Source: an uncultured Actinomycetes bacterium (GTDB lineage: Bacteria; Actinomycetota; Thermoleophilia; UBA2241). From it: a stretch of 64,000 nucleotides of DNA. The DNA is taken from positions 224,001 through 288,000 of the forward strand of contig CAVYCN010000004.1 of NCBI GenBank assembly GCA_963767005.1, read 5' to 3'. A program made the translations under genes and the position numbers. Under the pieces are notes generated by a model. That model worked only from the letters and a program-made list of their open reading frames with translations. It did not search any database and had not been told where the DNA came from. Of this stretch, positions 47,855 through 56,574 are shown piece after piece; within the stretch, counting starts at the first letter, position 1; the number at the start of each line of letters is the position of its first letter.

Positions 47855-48309
47855 ATGCGTTCGTTTCGCTTTGTCGTCGAGCGTGACCCGCAGACCAGTC
47901 TGCTCGTCGGCTACGTACCGGGTTGGCCCGGCGCCCACACCCAGGGTGGCGACCTCGACCAGTTGCAGGACAACCTGCGCGAGGTCATCGAGATGCTGCT
48001 CGAAGACGGCGAGCCGGCCCTGGAGTCGGAGTTCGTGGACGTGCGCACCATCCAAGTCGCCGGACTCGTGGCGGACCTGCCAGTCCTCAAGCCGCGGCAG
48101 GTCGTCGCCCTGCTGGAAGCGCACGGCTTTGCCGAAGCTCGCCAGCGCGGCTCTCACAAGCAGTTCCGCCACGCGATGGGCGGTCGATCACGATCCCCTT
48201 CCGTGCCGGTCGTGACATCTCGCCCACCCTTCTGCGCAAGATTGCACGCGATATCGGCTTGACCGTCGACGACTTCCTGAAACCCCAGCGCCATGACGAA
48301 ACCATGTGA
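47855..48309 (+). pseudogene. hicB-hicA pair: hicB stop lost (in frame with hicA GTG 48068), hicA frameshifted near 48174
   Basis: HicB VPGWPGAHTQG...NLREVIEM; HicA RQRGSHKQFRH continues in another frame as DGRSITIP...DISPTLLRKIARDIGL. Confidence 0.8.
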
Positions 48310-48399
48310 CTTCAACTTTGAAGTGCACCACTTGGCCCTTGTGCGCTCTCGCAGTTCAACGCCCGGACGTTGGGCATGTCACTAGGGAGGCGCGGACTC

Positions 48400-48786
48400 A
48401 TGGGGCGTAGACTCGTCTGCATCGCGATCGCGCTCGCGGTGGCCCTCGGGGCCTCGGCGTGTGGCCATCGCTCGACGCCGAGCTCGGGCATCATCGGGCT
48501 CGCGGCGAGCCACTTGCCCAGCACCAACCCGTCCCCTTCGCCACTTCCCGACGGCTTCGGCGACTCGGTCTGGTACGAGCCAGACGCCCGTGCCGCCGTC
48601 ACTGTCAGAAACGGAAGCGGCGACGTCATCGCGCGACTCGTGGCCGGTAAGGACGGGACCTTCCGGATCGCGTTGCCGCCGGGGTCCTACTACCTGCAGG
48701 GCGAGAAGCTGCCGAAGTTCTTCTGGACGCCGATGACGCTGAAACCCGGCGTGTGGGCGCGCGTGGACGTCACAACCGATCCTTGA
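48400..48786 (+). CDS. Secreted lipoprotein with carboxypeptidase-regulatory-like fold (cassette gene)
   Basis: Lipobox ASAC; DGTFRIALPPGSY; bracketed by GTTGGGCAT (48369) and ATGCCCAAC (48801). Confidence 0.7.
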   Translation: MGRRLVCIAIALAVALGASACGHRSTPSSGIIGLAASHLPSTNPSPSPLPDGFGDSVWYEPDARAAVTVRNGSGDVIARLVAGKDGTFRIALPPGSYYLQGEKLPKFFWTPMTLKPGVWARVDVTTDP

Positions 48787-48802
48787 CGATGCCGACCCGA
48801 AT

Positions 48803-48888
48803 GCCCAACAAGCACATCACCTGATGCGCCGAACGCTCAAAATTCTCTGGAGCGACGTGACGCACAGGTCGTGTGCCGGACGTTCGGC
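48803..48888 (+). other. attC-like recombination site (86 bp)
   Basis: R'' GCCCAAC, arms cacatcacctg/caggtcgtgtg, tgcg/cgca and cgctc/gagcg, AT-rich central loop, R' GTTCGGC. Confidence 0.7.
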
Positions 48889-48954
48889 GGAGTGAGATCC
48901 GTTGATCTGTGATCGCCCCGCCGAGATCCGCTGACGACGCGGAGAGGAGCCGAC

Positions 48955-49350
48955 ATGCCGGATGAGACCGTTCACATCAACGACGCCGACGCTCCCTGGG
49001 AGGCCTCCTACGAGGGCCCGGTCGGCCCGACAGTGATGATCGAGCGTACCTTCTTCACGGTCGAACGCACGCCGACCAGCGGTCTGAGCATGGGCAGCTT
49101 CGAGGTGCCGCCCGGGGCGCAGCTGCCGCCGCACCACCATCACCCCGCCGAGGTGTACTACGTCACCTCTGGCGAGGCCGAGGTCTACCACGATGGCGAA
49201 TGGCATCCCTTGCGCCGCGGCGACGCGCTCTTCTTCCCGCCCGACGCTGTGCACGGGGTACGCAATCTCGGCACCGAGCGCGTCGCCATTGTGTTCGTCT
49301 TCCCGACCGACTCGTACGACGCCGTCGAGTACGTCTACGTGGCGGAATGA
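48955..49350 (+). CDS. Cupin domain protein
   Basis: PPHHHHPAEVYYV..G; PPDAVHGVRN. Confidence 0.88.
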   Translation: MPDETVHINDADAPWEASYEGPVGPTVMIERTFFTVERTPTSGLSMGSFEVPPGAQLPPHHHHPAEVYYVTSGEAEVYHDGEWHPLRRGDALFFPPDAVHGVRNLGTERVAIVFVFPTDSYDAVEYVYVAE

Positions 49351-49380
49351 GCGGCGGGACTGCCAAGCCCGCTCGCGTAG

Positions 49381-49494
49381 ACTGGCCAGTACGGCGATCG
49401 TGTGGAACTGGTACCCGTGAAGTCGGCCAGGCAGATGCGCGGCTTCTTGCGCGGCATCGCCACCGACGTGCCGCGCGAGGCCGACCGGCCGTGA
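49381..49494 (+). pseudogene. C-terminal remnant of AbrB/MazE-type VapB antitoxin
   Basis: QYGDRVELVPVKSARQMRGFLRGIATDVPREADRP*; in-frame stops at 49378 and 49348 upstream; TGA overlaps the vapC GTG. Confidence 0.75.
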
Positions 49495-49871
49495 ACCTGG
49501 TCGACTCCTGTGGCTGGCTCGAGTACTTCGCGGCGGGACCCAACGCCGACTTCTTCGCGCCGGCACTCGAGGCGCCGACCGATCTGGTCGTGCCTACCAT
49601 CAGTATCTGCGAGGTCTTCAGGCGCGTGGCGCAGCAGCGCGGTGAGAGTGACGCACTGCGGGCGGTGGCGCTCATGCAACAGGGCTCCGTCGTCGATCTG
49701 ACGGCGCCCATCGCCCTGGAGGCCGCCCGCATGAGCGCGGCGCTGGGGCTGCCGATGGCCGACAGCGTCATGCTCGCCACAGCTCGCTCATTCGGGGCCG
49801 CGCTCTGGACGCAGGACCCTGACTTCCACGCCGTGGAGGGCGTGCGATACGTTGCAGCCCAGTCGGCGTGA
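49491..49871 (+). CDS. vapC: VapC PIN-domain toxin
   Basis: NLVDSCGWLEYF, PTISICEV, LPMADS, LWTQDPDF. Confidence 0.9.
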   Translation: MNLVDSCGWLEYFAAGPNADFFAPALEAPTDLVVPTISICEVFRRVAQQRGESDALRAVALMQQGSVVDLTAPIALEAARMSAALGLPMADSVMLATARSFGAALWTQDPDFHAVEGVRYVAAQSA

Positions 49872-50000
49872 GCCCAAGTCTGTAGTGCAGCGGTTCGAGC
49901 AGAGGCGCCCAGTCGCTGCGAGTGCCGGGACTGCCGCGATGCGATCCCGGCGCCGCCCGTCCGGGTGGCGCGCTCTGCACGGCGCGATACAATCGCGACC

Positions 50001-50579
50001 ATGAAAGTCGCCGCGTTCAACACGAGCCCACGCCGTGACGGCAACACCGCGATCCTGCTGCGTCGCGTGCTGGCCGAGCTCGAGGCCGAGGGCATCGAGA
50101 CCGAGCTCGTGCAGCTCGCCGGCAAGCGCATCAGCGGCTGCCGAGCCTGCCTCACCTGCGCCGAGACCCGCGACAACCGCTGCCACGGCGTGAAGGACGA
50201 CGGCGTCAACGACTGCATCGCGACGATGCTCGCCGCCGACGGCATCCTGCTGGGCACGCCGGTCTACTTCGGCGACGCCACGGCCACGATGCGCGCGCTG
50301 ATCGAGCGGGCCGGCTACGCCACCCGCAAGAGCGGCAACCCGCTGGCCCGCAAGGTCGGTGCGGCCGTGATCGCCGTGCGCCGCGGCGGCGCCATGCACG
50401 CCTTCGACTCGGTCAACCACTTCTTCCAGATCAGCGAGATGGTGGTGGTCGGCTCGACCTACTGGAACTTCGGCCTGGGCGCCGAGATCGGCGCCGTGAA
50501 TGACGACGCCGAGGGTCTGCAGACGATGACCGACCTCGGCCGCAACATGGCCTGGGTGCTGAAGAAGCTGAACGCATAG
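50001..50579 (+). CDS. Iron-sulfur flavoprotein / flavodoxin family, leaderless
   Basis: SPRRDGNT, GCRACLTC...C, TPVYFG, RRGG, GSTYWN; TACAAT 7 nt before ATG. Confidence 0.92.
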   Translation: MKVAAFNTSPRRDGNTAILLRRVLAELEAEGIETELVQLAGKRISGCRACLTCAETRDNRCHGVKDDGVNDCIATMLAADGILLGTPVYFGDATATMRALIERAGYATRKSGNPLARKVGAAVIAVRRGGAMHAFDSVNHFFQISEMVVVGSTYWNFGLGAEIGAVNDDAEGLQTMTDLGRNMAWVLKKLNA

Positions 50580-50678
50580 CCGCGCGCCCCGGCGGGCGCC
50601 GCGCCGGGGCGCCTGGTGGATGAATGGCGAGCGGCGCGGGGCGCGCGCGCAGGAACGCGCCCCGCACCGCTCGCCACC

Positions 50679-50978
50679 CTAGGCGGCCATGCGCCCCGAC
50701 AGCTGCTCGGCGCCGGCCTCGGCGTAGGTGCGGACCTGGGGCACCCCCACCACGCCCGCGCTCGCCATGACCTCGCCGAGCGACGGGTCGCTCAGGAACC
50801 CCTCGAGCTGCTCCTTCGTCGGGAACTGCATGACCACGGCAACGATCGCCGGATCGTCGTCGCGGCGGTAGATGAGGTAGCCCGTGGCGCCGTAGCGTTC
50901 CTGGACCGGGCGATGCGCGTCGAAGCCGCGCTTCCACTGCTCCCAGTCGCTGACGCGATGCTCCACCATGAGGATCAT
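50679..50978 (-). CDS. Small dimeric alpha/beta barrel (cyclase-like) protein
   Basis: VEHRVSDWEQWKRGFD...MASAGVVGVP. Confidence 0.7.
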   Translation of the reverse strand: MILMVEHRVSDWEQWKRGFDAHRPVQERYGATGYLIYRRDDDPAIVAVVMQFPTKEQLEGFLSDPSLGEVMASAGVVGVPQVRTYAEAGAEQLSGRMAA

Positions 50979-51134
50979 GACCGCCTCCGTGCCCCGCCGC
51001 CGACCGTGTCCTTCTGTCTGGTGCTTGCCGGAACCGCAGCTCGGCAAACCGTGGCGTCGCCGGGCTCGCCCGGCACGGGGCGCGCGACGAAGTCACGCGC
51101 ACCTGAGCGGCGATCGCGAAGGCGACCGGCGGCG

Positions 51135-52700
51135 CTAGAGGAGGCCGGTGAAGGCGTCGCCGCCGGTTGCGCGCAGCCTCTCGGGCGTCGGCAGGCGGTC
51201 CGTCCGCATGAGCTCGACGAAGGCCGCCAAGTCGAGGTCGCGGGTGCCGGCCGCGGCCACCAGGCGGCCGCCGCGCGCAAAGGCGACGGTGAAGTCGCCG
51301 CCGGGCAGGTCGCCGACGACGACGGTGTCGTCCCACGCGCCGGCCACACCGACGAACGGGAGGCGCAGGCCGAACTGCTGGGTCCAGAAGGCCGGCACAC
51401 CCGTGAAGGGCGCGCCCCGGCCGGCCATCGACGCGGCGGCCGCTCGGCCGAGCTGCTCGGCCAGGCGCCAGTGTTCGATGCGCACGCGGTCGCCGACGTG
51501 CGCCTCGGGGTAGCGAGCGACATCGCCGGCCGCCCACACGCCGCGGTCGTTCACGCGCAGCTCGGCGTCGACGTCGAGACTGCCGTCGTCGTTCAGTGTC
51601 GCGTGCTCGACGAAGCCGGTGACCGGCCGCACTCCCACGCCGATCAGGACGACGTCGGCCGGGAGGCGCGAGCCGTCGTCGAGCTGGAGCTCACGCACAC
51701 GCCCGTCGCCGGTCAGACGCGCGACGGTGCATCCGAGCCGGAACCGCACGCCGTGCTCCTCGTGGCGGCGCCGCAGGAAACCGCCGATCGCGGCGCCGAG
51801 CTGGCGCTCGAGGGGCACCTCGTCGGGTGCGACCACGGTTACCTCGAGGCCGCGCTCGCGCAGGCTGGCGGCGCCCTCCATGGCGATGAAGCTCGCGCCC
51901 ACGACGACGGCCCGTGTCGCGCCCTCGAGCGAGGCGATGATGGCGTCGCAGTCGCTCCACGAACGCAGCGTGTGGACGCCCGGCAGGTCGGCGCCCGGCG
52001 CGTCGAGCGGGCGCGGCGCGCCGCCGGTCGCGATGAGCACGGCGTCGGGCTCGAGCACGCCGCCGTCGCTGAGCTCGATGCGACGCGTCTCGGCGTCGAG
52101 GCGACGCGTCTCCGCGGTGAGCAGCTCGATGTCGTGCCGTTCGTAGAAGCTCGCGGGGCGCAGCGGCAGCCAGTCGGCGCCGGCGCTGCCGGCGAGATAG
52201 TCCTTGCTCAGGTTGGGGCGGTCGTAGGGGCGCCGGTCCTCGCGGCTCACGAGGACGATGCGGCCGCCGAAACCGTGCTGGCGCAGGGCCTCGACGGCGG
52301 CGGCGCCGGCGGCGCCGCCGCCGATCACGCAGAAGGTGCGGGGGTCGTCGGCGGCGCGCGCCGCCATCGGCATGATCCGTTGCCGGGGTGCGTCGTCGGG
52401 ACGGTCGACGAGCACGTCGCCGCCCTCGACGCGCACGGCGAAGGGCGTGAGCCCGGCGAGCGGCGGCGGCTCGAGCAGATCGCCGGTGCGGGCGTCGAAC
52501 GTGCCCTGGTGCCACGGGCACACGAGGCGGCCGTCGTGGAGCAGCCCGCGAGCCAGCGGTCCGTCGTAGTGGGGGCAGCGCGCGCCATAGGCGTGCAGCA
52601 CACCGTCCTGGCGCAGCAGCAGGACTTTCTTGCCCCCCGCGTCGGCTTCGAGCGGGCTGCCTTCGGGAAGCTCGTCGTCGCGCGCGACCCTGTGCTCCAT
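51135..52700 (-). CDS. Rieske [2Fe-2S] domain fused to FAD-dependent reductase (AIF-like)
   Basis: CPHY...CPWH; GGGAAG, PYDRPNLSK, GASFI, AAGD, RIEHW. Confidence 0.92.
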   Translation of the reverse strand: MEHRVARDDELPEGSPLEADAGGKKVLLLRQDGVLHAYGARCPHYDGPLARGLLHDGRLVCPWHQGTFDARTGDLLEPPPLAGLTPFAVRVEGGDVLVDRPDDAPRQRIMPMAARAADDPRTFCVIGGGAAGAAAVEALRQHGFGGRIVLVSREDRRPYDRPNLSKDYLAGSAGADWLPLRPASFYERHDIELLTAETRRLDAETRRIELSDGGVLEPDAVLIATGGAPRPLDAPGADLPGVHTLRSWSDCDAIIASLEGATRAVVVGASFIAMEGAASLRERGLEVTVVAPDEVPLERQLGAAIGGFLRRRHEEHGVRFRLGCTVARLTGDGRVRELQLDDGSRLPADVVLIGVGVRPVTGFVEHATLNDDGSLDVDAELRVNDRGVWAAGDVARYPEAHVGDRVRIEHWRLAEQLGRAAAASMAGRGAPFTGVPAFWTQQFGLRLPFVGVAGAWDDTVVVGDLPGGDFTVAFARGGRLVAAAGTRDLDLAAFVELMRTDRLPTPERLRATGGDAFTGLL

Positions 52701-52718
52701 GACCCCCCTCTGACGCCG

Positions 52719-53336
52719 CTACCAGGCGATGGCGACGGCGTGACCGACGTCGGCCCGGTCGTCGAGCTGCCCGAGCATGAACTGCGCGACGTCGGCACGG
52801 GCGATCGCCGCGCCGTGCGGCACAGCATACCCGGGGGCGGCCCTCCATGAGTGTTTCGCGGGACGGTCGTGCAACGCGGCCGCGCGCACGATGGTCCAGT
52901 CGAGGCCGCTCTGGCGGACCGCGACCTCCATCTGGCGCACGTCGGCCAGGGCGTGCTCGTTGCGCGAGCCGCCGAACAGGCGGCTGGCGAGGCCGCGGCG
53001 CCCGCCGGCGCCGAGGTCGCCGACCGACAGGCAGACCAGCCGCCGCGGGCCCTCGTCGTGCATGACCTGCAGCACGGCGCGCACACCCTGGGCGAGCAGG
53101 GCGCCGCCGTCGCGGCGCGTGACCGGCTCGACGGCGTAAAGCACGGCGTCCTGGCCGGCCACCGCCGCGGCCAGCGCGGCGAGGTCGACGAGCTCGCCGG
53201 TCACGGTGCGCACGCCGGCCGTGGAAGCGGCGGCCACCGCCGGGCCGAACGCGGTCACACTGTGCCCGCGCTCGAGCGCGGCGCCCGGCAGAAGCGCCCC
53301 GACGCCGCCGTCTGCTCCGACCACGAGGACTCTCAT
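52719..53336 (-). CDS. NAD(P)-binding (flavin reductase/BVR-B-like) protein, leaderless
   Basis: VVGADGGVG, LDWTIVR, IARADVA; TAGAGT 7 nt before ATG. Confidence 0.85.
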   Translation of the reverse strand: MRVLVVGADGGVGALLPGAALERGHSVTAFGPAVAAASTAGVRTVTGELVDLAALAAAVAGQDAVLYAVEPVTRRDGGALLAQGVRAVLQVMHDEGPRRLVCLSVGDLGAGGRRGLASRLFGGSRNEHALADVRQMEVAVRQSGLDWTIVRAAALHDRPAKHSWRAAPGYAVPHGAAIARADVAQFMLGQLDDRADVGHAVAIAW

Positions 53337-53446
53337 GGCGCCCACTCTACCCGACCGGCGACCGACGGCGCATGCGCTCACCGGCGAGCGGCCGCGCAAG
53401 ACTGCGCAGGCGCCGGCCGCTCGCCCCGAGCGACGCAAGCGTGGCG

Positions 53447-54331
53447 TCAGGCCGCCTGTGCCGTAGCGAGCGTCTGTGCGCTGCCGCGCGCGAGCCAGGC
53501 GCCGAAGTCGAGGAGCTCGGGGTACAGGTCGCGCGTGTCCTCGATGTCGACGTCGTAGCCCTTGCGCTCGAACCAGTCGTACATGAGATAGAAGTCCTCG
53601 TTCTGGTCGCGCAACGCCTGCCAGGGGACCTGCACGTAGCGTACGGGCTCGCCGATCGCGGCGCCGAGCGCCAGCGCGGCCGCCGGGAAGGTGAGCTCGT
53701 CGCCGGCGACGTCGAAGGCCTTGCCGATGAACCGGTCCGGGCGTGCGAAGACGATGCCCACGATCGCCGCCACGTCGTCGACGGCGATCATCTGCAGCGT
53801 CGTGTCGCCGCGCAGAGGCACGGCGATCGCGAGGCCTTCGTCGGTGCGCTGCGTGGCGAACGTCAGGAAGTTCTCCATGAAGTAGACCGGCCGGACGATG
53901 GTGAGCGGCAGGTCGAGGCCGTCGAGGTGCTTCTCGATCGCGACCTTGGTCTCGAAGTGCGGGATGCCGGTCTTGCGGTCGGCCGAACCGACCGACGAGT
54001 AGACATAGTGCCGGACGCCCACCCGGGCCGCCACGTCGCCGAGCGTCCTGCCCTGCGCGATCTCGTTGCCGGTGCCCTTCTCGAACGGGGTCGCCATGGC
54101 AAAGACGCCGTAGACGTCGCGCAGGGGCTCGACCAGGCTGGACTCGTCGGTGAGGTCGCCGCCCACGATCTCGACGCCAAGCTCGCGTAGCGAGCCTGTC
54201 CGCTTGCCGCCCGGGTCGCGCGTGAGGCCGCGCACGCGCCAGCCGTCGGCTCGCAGGCGCCGGGCCACGGCCCCGCCCTGCATGCCGGTGACCCCTGTCA
54301 CGAGGATGGTCTTGTCGCTGTTGTCGCTCAC
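53447..54331 (-). CDS. NmrA family protein
   Basis: VTGVTGMQGGAV, YSSV, IPHFETK, RPVYFMEN. Confidence 0.92.
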   Translation of the reverse strand: MSDNSDKTILVTGVTGMQGGAVARRLRADGWRVRGLTRDPGGKRTGSLRELGVEIVGGDLTDESSLVEPLRDVYGVFAMATPFEKGTGNEIAQGRTLGDVAARVGVRHYVYSSVGSADRKTGIPHFETKVAIEKHLDGLDLPLTIVRPVYFMENFLTFATQRTDEGLAIAVPLRGDTTLQMIAVDDVAAIVGIVFARPDRFIGKAFDVAGDELTFPAAALALGAAIGEPVRYVQVPWQALRDQNEDFYLMYDWFERKGYDVDIEDTRDLYPELLDFGAWLARGSAQTLATAQAA

Positions 54332-54488
54332 GGTCGGCCTCCTCGAGGCCGTCGCGGCCTCGGTCGTTCTCTGGATATCCTGCGCGGAGGGGTTCCCGAG
54401 TGCGCGGTGGCGCAATCGCGGCCGCGGGTCCTGGCGTTGCGTGGCGCGAAGGGTTTGCACTAAAGTGATAGGGTTTACCGACACGGTG

Positions 54489-54508
54489 CGGCGTTGACGT
54501 CAACGCCG
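54489..54508. promoter_or_regulatory. Perfect 20-bp palindrome between the divergent nmrA and rubrerythrin genes
   Basis: cggcgttgac|gtcaacgccg; TACGAT -10-like element at 54538. Confidence 0.45.
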
Positions 54509-54629
54509 GCCACCGCCCCGGCGCCCGGACCGCTTGGTACGATAGACGCCTCGACCGGACCCGCCGTCGCGCGGCGTGCGCGTGTGGTCCGCCGGACCAG
54601 CGCCCCGAGAGGACCACAGGAGGGACATC

Positions 54630-55175
54630 ATGGCAGACGCGTTCAAGAACACCCCACCCAAGCCCGAGAAGCTCGGCGCGATGACCGAGGAGAGCCTCAA
54701 GGCCGCCTTTGCCGGCGAGAGCCAGGCCTCGCAGAAGTACCTTGCCTTCGCGGCCAAGGCCGACGCCGAGGGCTACCCCAATATCGGCCGCCTCTTCCGT
54801 GCGACCGCCTACGCCGAGAGCATGCACGCGCGCAATCACCTGAGCGTGATGGGCGGCATCGGCGCGACCACCGACAACCTCAAGGCGGCCTGGGGCGGCG
54901 AGACGTTCGAGATCGACGAGATGTACCCGGCCTACGCGGCGATCGCCAAGCTGCAGGACTGCGCCGAAGCCGGCACCTCGATCCGCTACGCGGCCACGGC
55001 CGAACGCGACCACCAGGCCGTCTACGACTCGGCCGCCAAGGGTCTGGGCGCCGGCAACGACCTCGGCGGGACCCCGATCCGCGTGTGCCCCATCTGCGGC
55101 CACACCGTGATCGGCGACGCGCCCGACGAGTGCCCGGTGTGCGGCACGGCCGGCCAGTACTTCACCGCGTTCTGA
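54630..55175 (+). CDS. rbr: Rubrerythrin
   Basis: AFAGESQA, E..HA, GETFE, E..H, CPIC...CPVC. Confidence 0.95.
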   Translation: MADAFKNTPPKPEKLGAMTEESLKAAFAGESQASQKYLAFAAKADAEGYPNIGRLFRATAYAESMHARNHLSVMGGIGATTDNLKAAWGGETFEIDEMYPAYAAIAKLQDCAEAGTSIRYAATAERDHQAVYDSAAKGLGAGNDLGGTPIRVCPICGHTVIGDAPDECPVCGTAGQYFTAF

Positions 55176-55265
55176 GGCCGGCGCCGGCTCGTTCGTAGCC
55201 TGTCGAAGAGGCGCGCGGTCCCGGATCGGGTCGCGCCCCTGAGACCGAGGTCAAGGAGGACCCAG

Positions 55266-55832
55266 ATGCCCGAGGTCGACGCTCCCACGTTCGCGGAGCT
55301 CGAGCAGAAGCTGCCGCACGCCGACGAGCTCCACGATATGGACCTCGCCGACCTCAAGGCGGCCTTCGCCGGTGAGAGCCAGGCGGCCGAGAAGTACCTC
55401 GTCTTCGCCGAGAAGGCCGAGGCCGAGGGGCTGGCCAACGTGGCGACCCTGTTTCGCGCCATCTCGTTCGCCGAGACCCGCCACGCCCGCAACCACCTGC
55501 GGGTGATGGGCGGAGTCGGCGAGACGGCCGCCAACCTGCAGGCCGCCTTCGAGGGCGAGTCGTTCGAGATCGACGAGATGTACCCGGCCTACGTCGAGGT
55601 CGCCAAGCTGCAGGGCGACAGGCAGGCCCTCAAGTCGATGAGCTGGGCGCTGCGGGCCGAGACCGACCACAAGCGCATGTACGCCGAGGCCCGCGAACGG
55701 GTGGTCGCCGGCGGCGACATCGACGCCCAACCCGTGAGCGTCTGCGCGGTCTGCGGCCACACCGTGATCGGCGACGTGCCCGACAAGTGCCCGGTGTGCG
55801 CGGCGCGGAACGCGTACCGCACCTTCGGCTGA
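55266..55832 (+). CDS. rbr: Rubrerythrin (tandem paralog)
   Basis: AFAGESQA, ETRHA, GESFE, ETDH, CAVC...CPVC. Confidence 0.95.
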   Translation: MPEVDAPTFAELEQKLPHADELHDMDLADLKAAFAGESQAAEKYLVFAEKAEAEGLANVATLFRAISFAETRHARNHLRVMGGVGETAANLQAAFEGESFEIDEMYPAYVEVAKLQGDRQALKSMSWALRAETDHKRMYAEARERVVAGGDIDAQPVSVCAVCGHTVIGDVPDKCPVCAARNAYRTFG

Positions 55833-55977
55833 TCCTCTCAGGCGGCGCGCGGCGGCGGGGGCGGGAGCCTGGGGCTCCCGCCCCCGCCGCATCGTGTAGA
55901 CTCATACAGGCCGCCGCGGCCGGCACGTCCGGCGCCGGCGGGTCCGTCGAACCCTTCCGCGAGCGGAGGTCCTGACA

Positions 55978-56436
55978 GTGGGCTACACCTTCGGCGTCGG
56001 GCGCGCGGCGCCCCAGTTCGACCTTGCGGCGCACGACGGCAGTCGGGTGTCCCTTGCGCAGTTCCGCGGCGACTGGTTCCCGGTCGTCGTCTTCCTCGGC
56101 GCCGATGCCACGGCCGCCACGGCGGCGACGAGTGGGCTGAACGGGATCGCCGAGCAGCTCTGGGGACTGCGCGGCCAGGCGATCGGCATCATGCACGGCG
56201 ACGACGAGGCCACGCGTCACATCGTCGAGCAGGCCGGACGCGCCGACTTCCCGCTGCTCGCCGACCCCGACGGAGCGGTCGCGCGCGCTTTCGGGGCGTT
56301 CGACGCGGCGGCGGGCGCCGTCCGGCCGCACGCCGTGATCGTCGACCGCGCCGGCAAGATCGCCTGGTCGGCCGACGGCGCCGACGCCCTGCGCCCGGCC
56401 GCGCTGCTCGCCGCGCTCAGGTCGGCGGCCCGCTGA
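55978..56436 (+). CDS. AhpC/TSA (redoxin)-fold protein with no cysteine
   Basis: APQFDL...G..VSLAQFRG...FPLLADPDGAVARAFG...VIVDRAGKI; no Cys in 152 aa. Confidence 0.75.
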   Translation: MGYTFGVGRAAPQFDLAAHDGSRVSLAQFRGDWFPVVVFLGADATAATAATSGLNGIAEQLWGLRGQAIGIMHGDDEATRHIVEQAGRADFPLLADPDGAVARAFGAFDAAAGAVRPHAVIVDRAGKIAWSADGADALRPAALLAALRSAAR

Positions 56437-56574
56437 CCCCGGCGCGCCGGGCGGACCGCCCGGCGTCGACCCCGGCGCCCCTCCCTGCCTCGCGCGCGCC
56501 CACGATTGTTCGAACTCCCGCGCGAGTGGGCAACTACAGCCCGATAATCACCACGCACGAAGGAGTATCACCTC

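Larger units (their letters stand above)
47773..49910 (+). mobile_element. Degenerate integron-type gene cassette array without integrase (CALIN-like)
   Basis: Core sites GTTAGGT 47773, GTTGGGC 48369, GTTCGGC 48882; full attC-like palindrome 48803-48888; all ORFs co-oriented; two TA modules. Confidence 0.65.

Noticed and set aside
1631-56436. Selenocysteine read-through in MsrA, MsrB, Grx-TrxR or the redoxin
   Set aside because: Catalytic positions are Cys codons (or Ala in the redoxin); no in-frame TGA at active sites.
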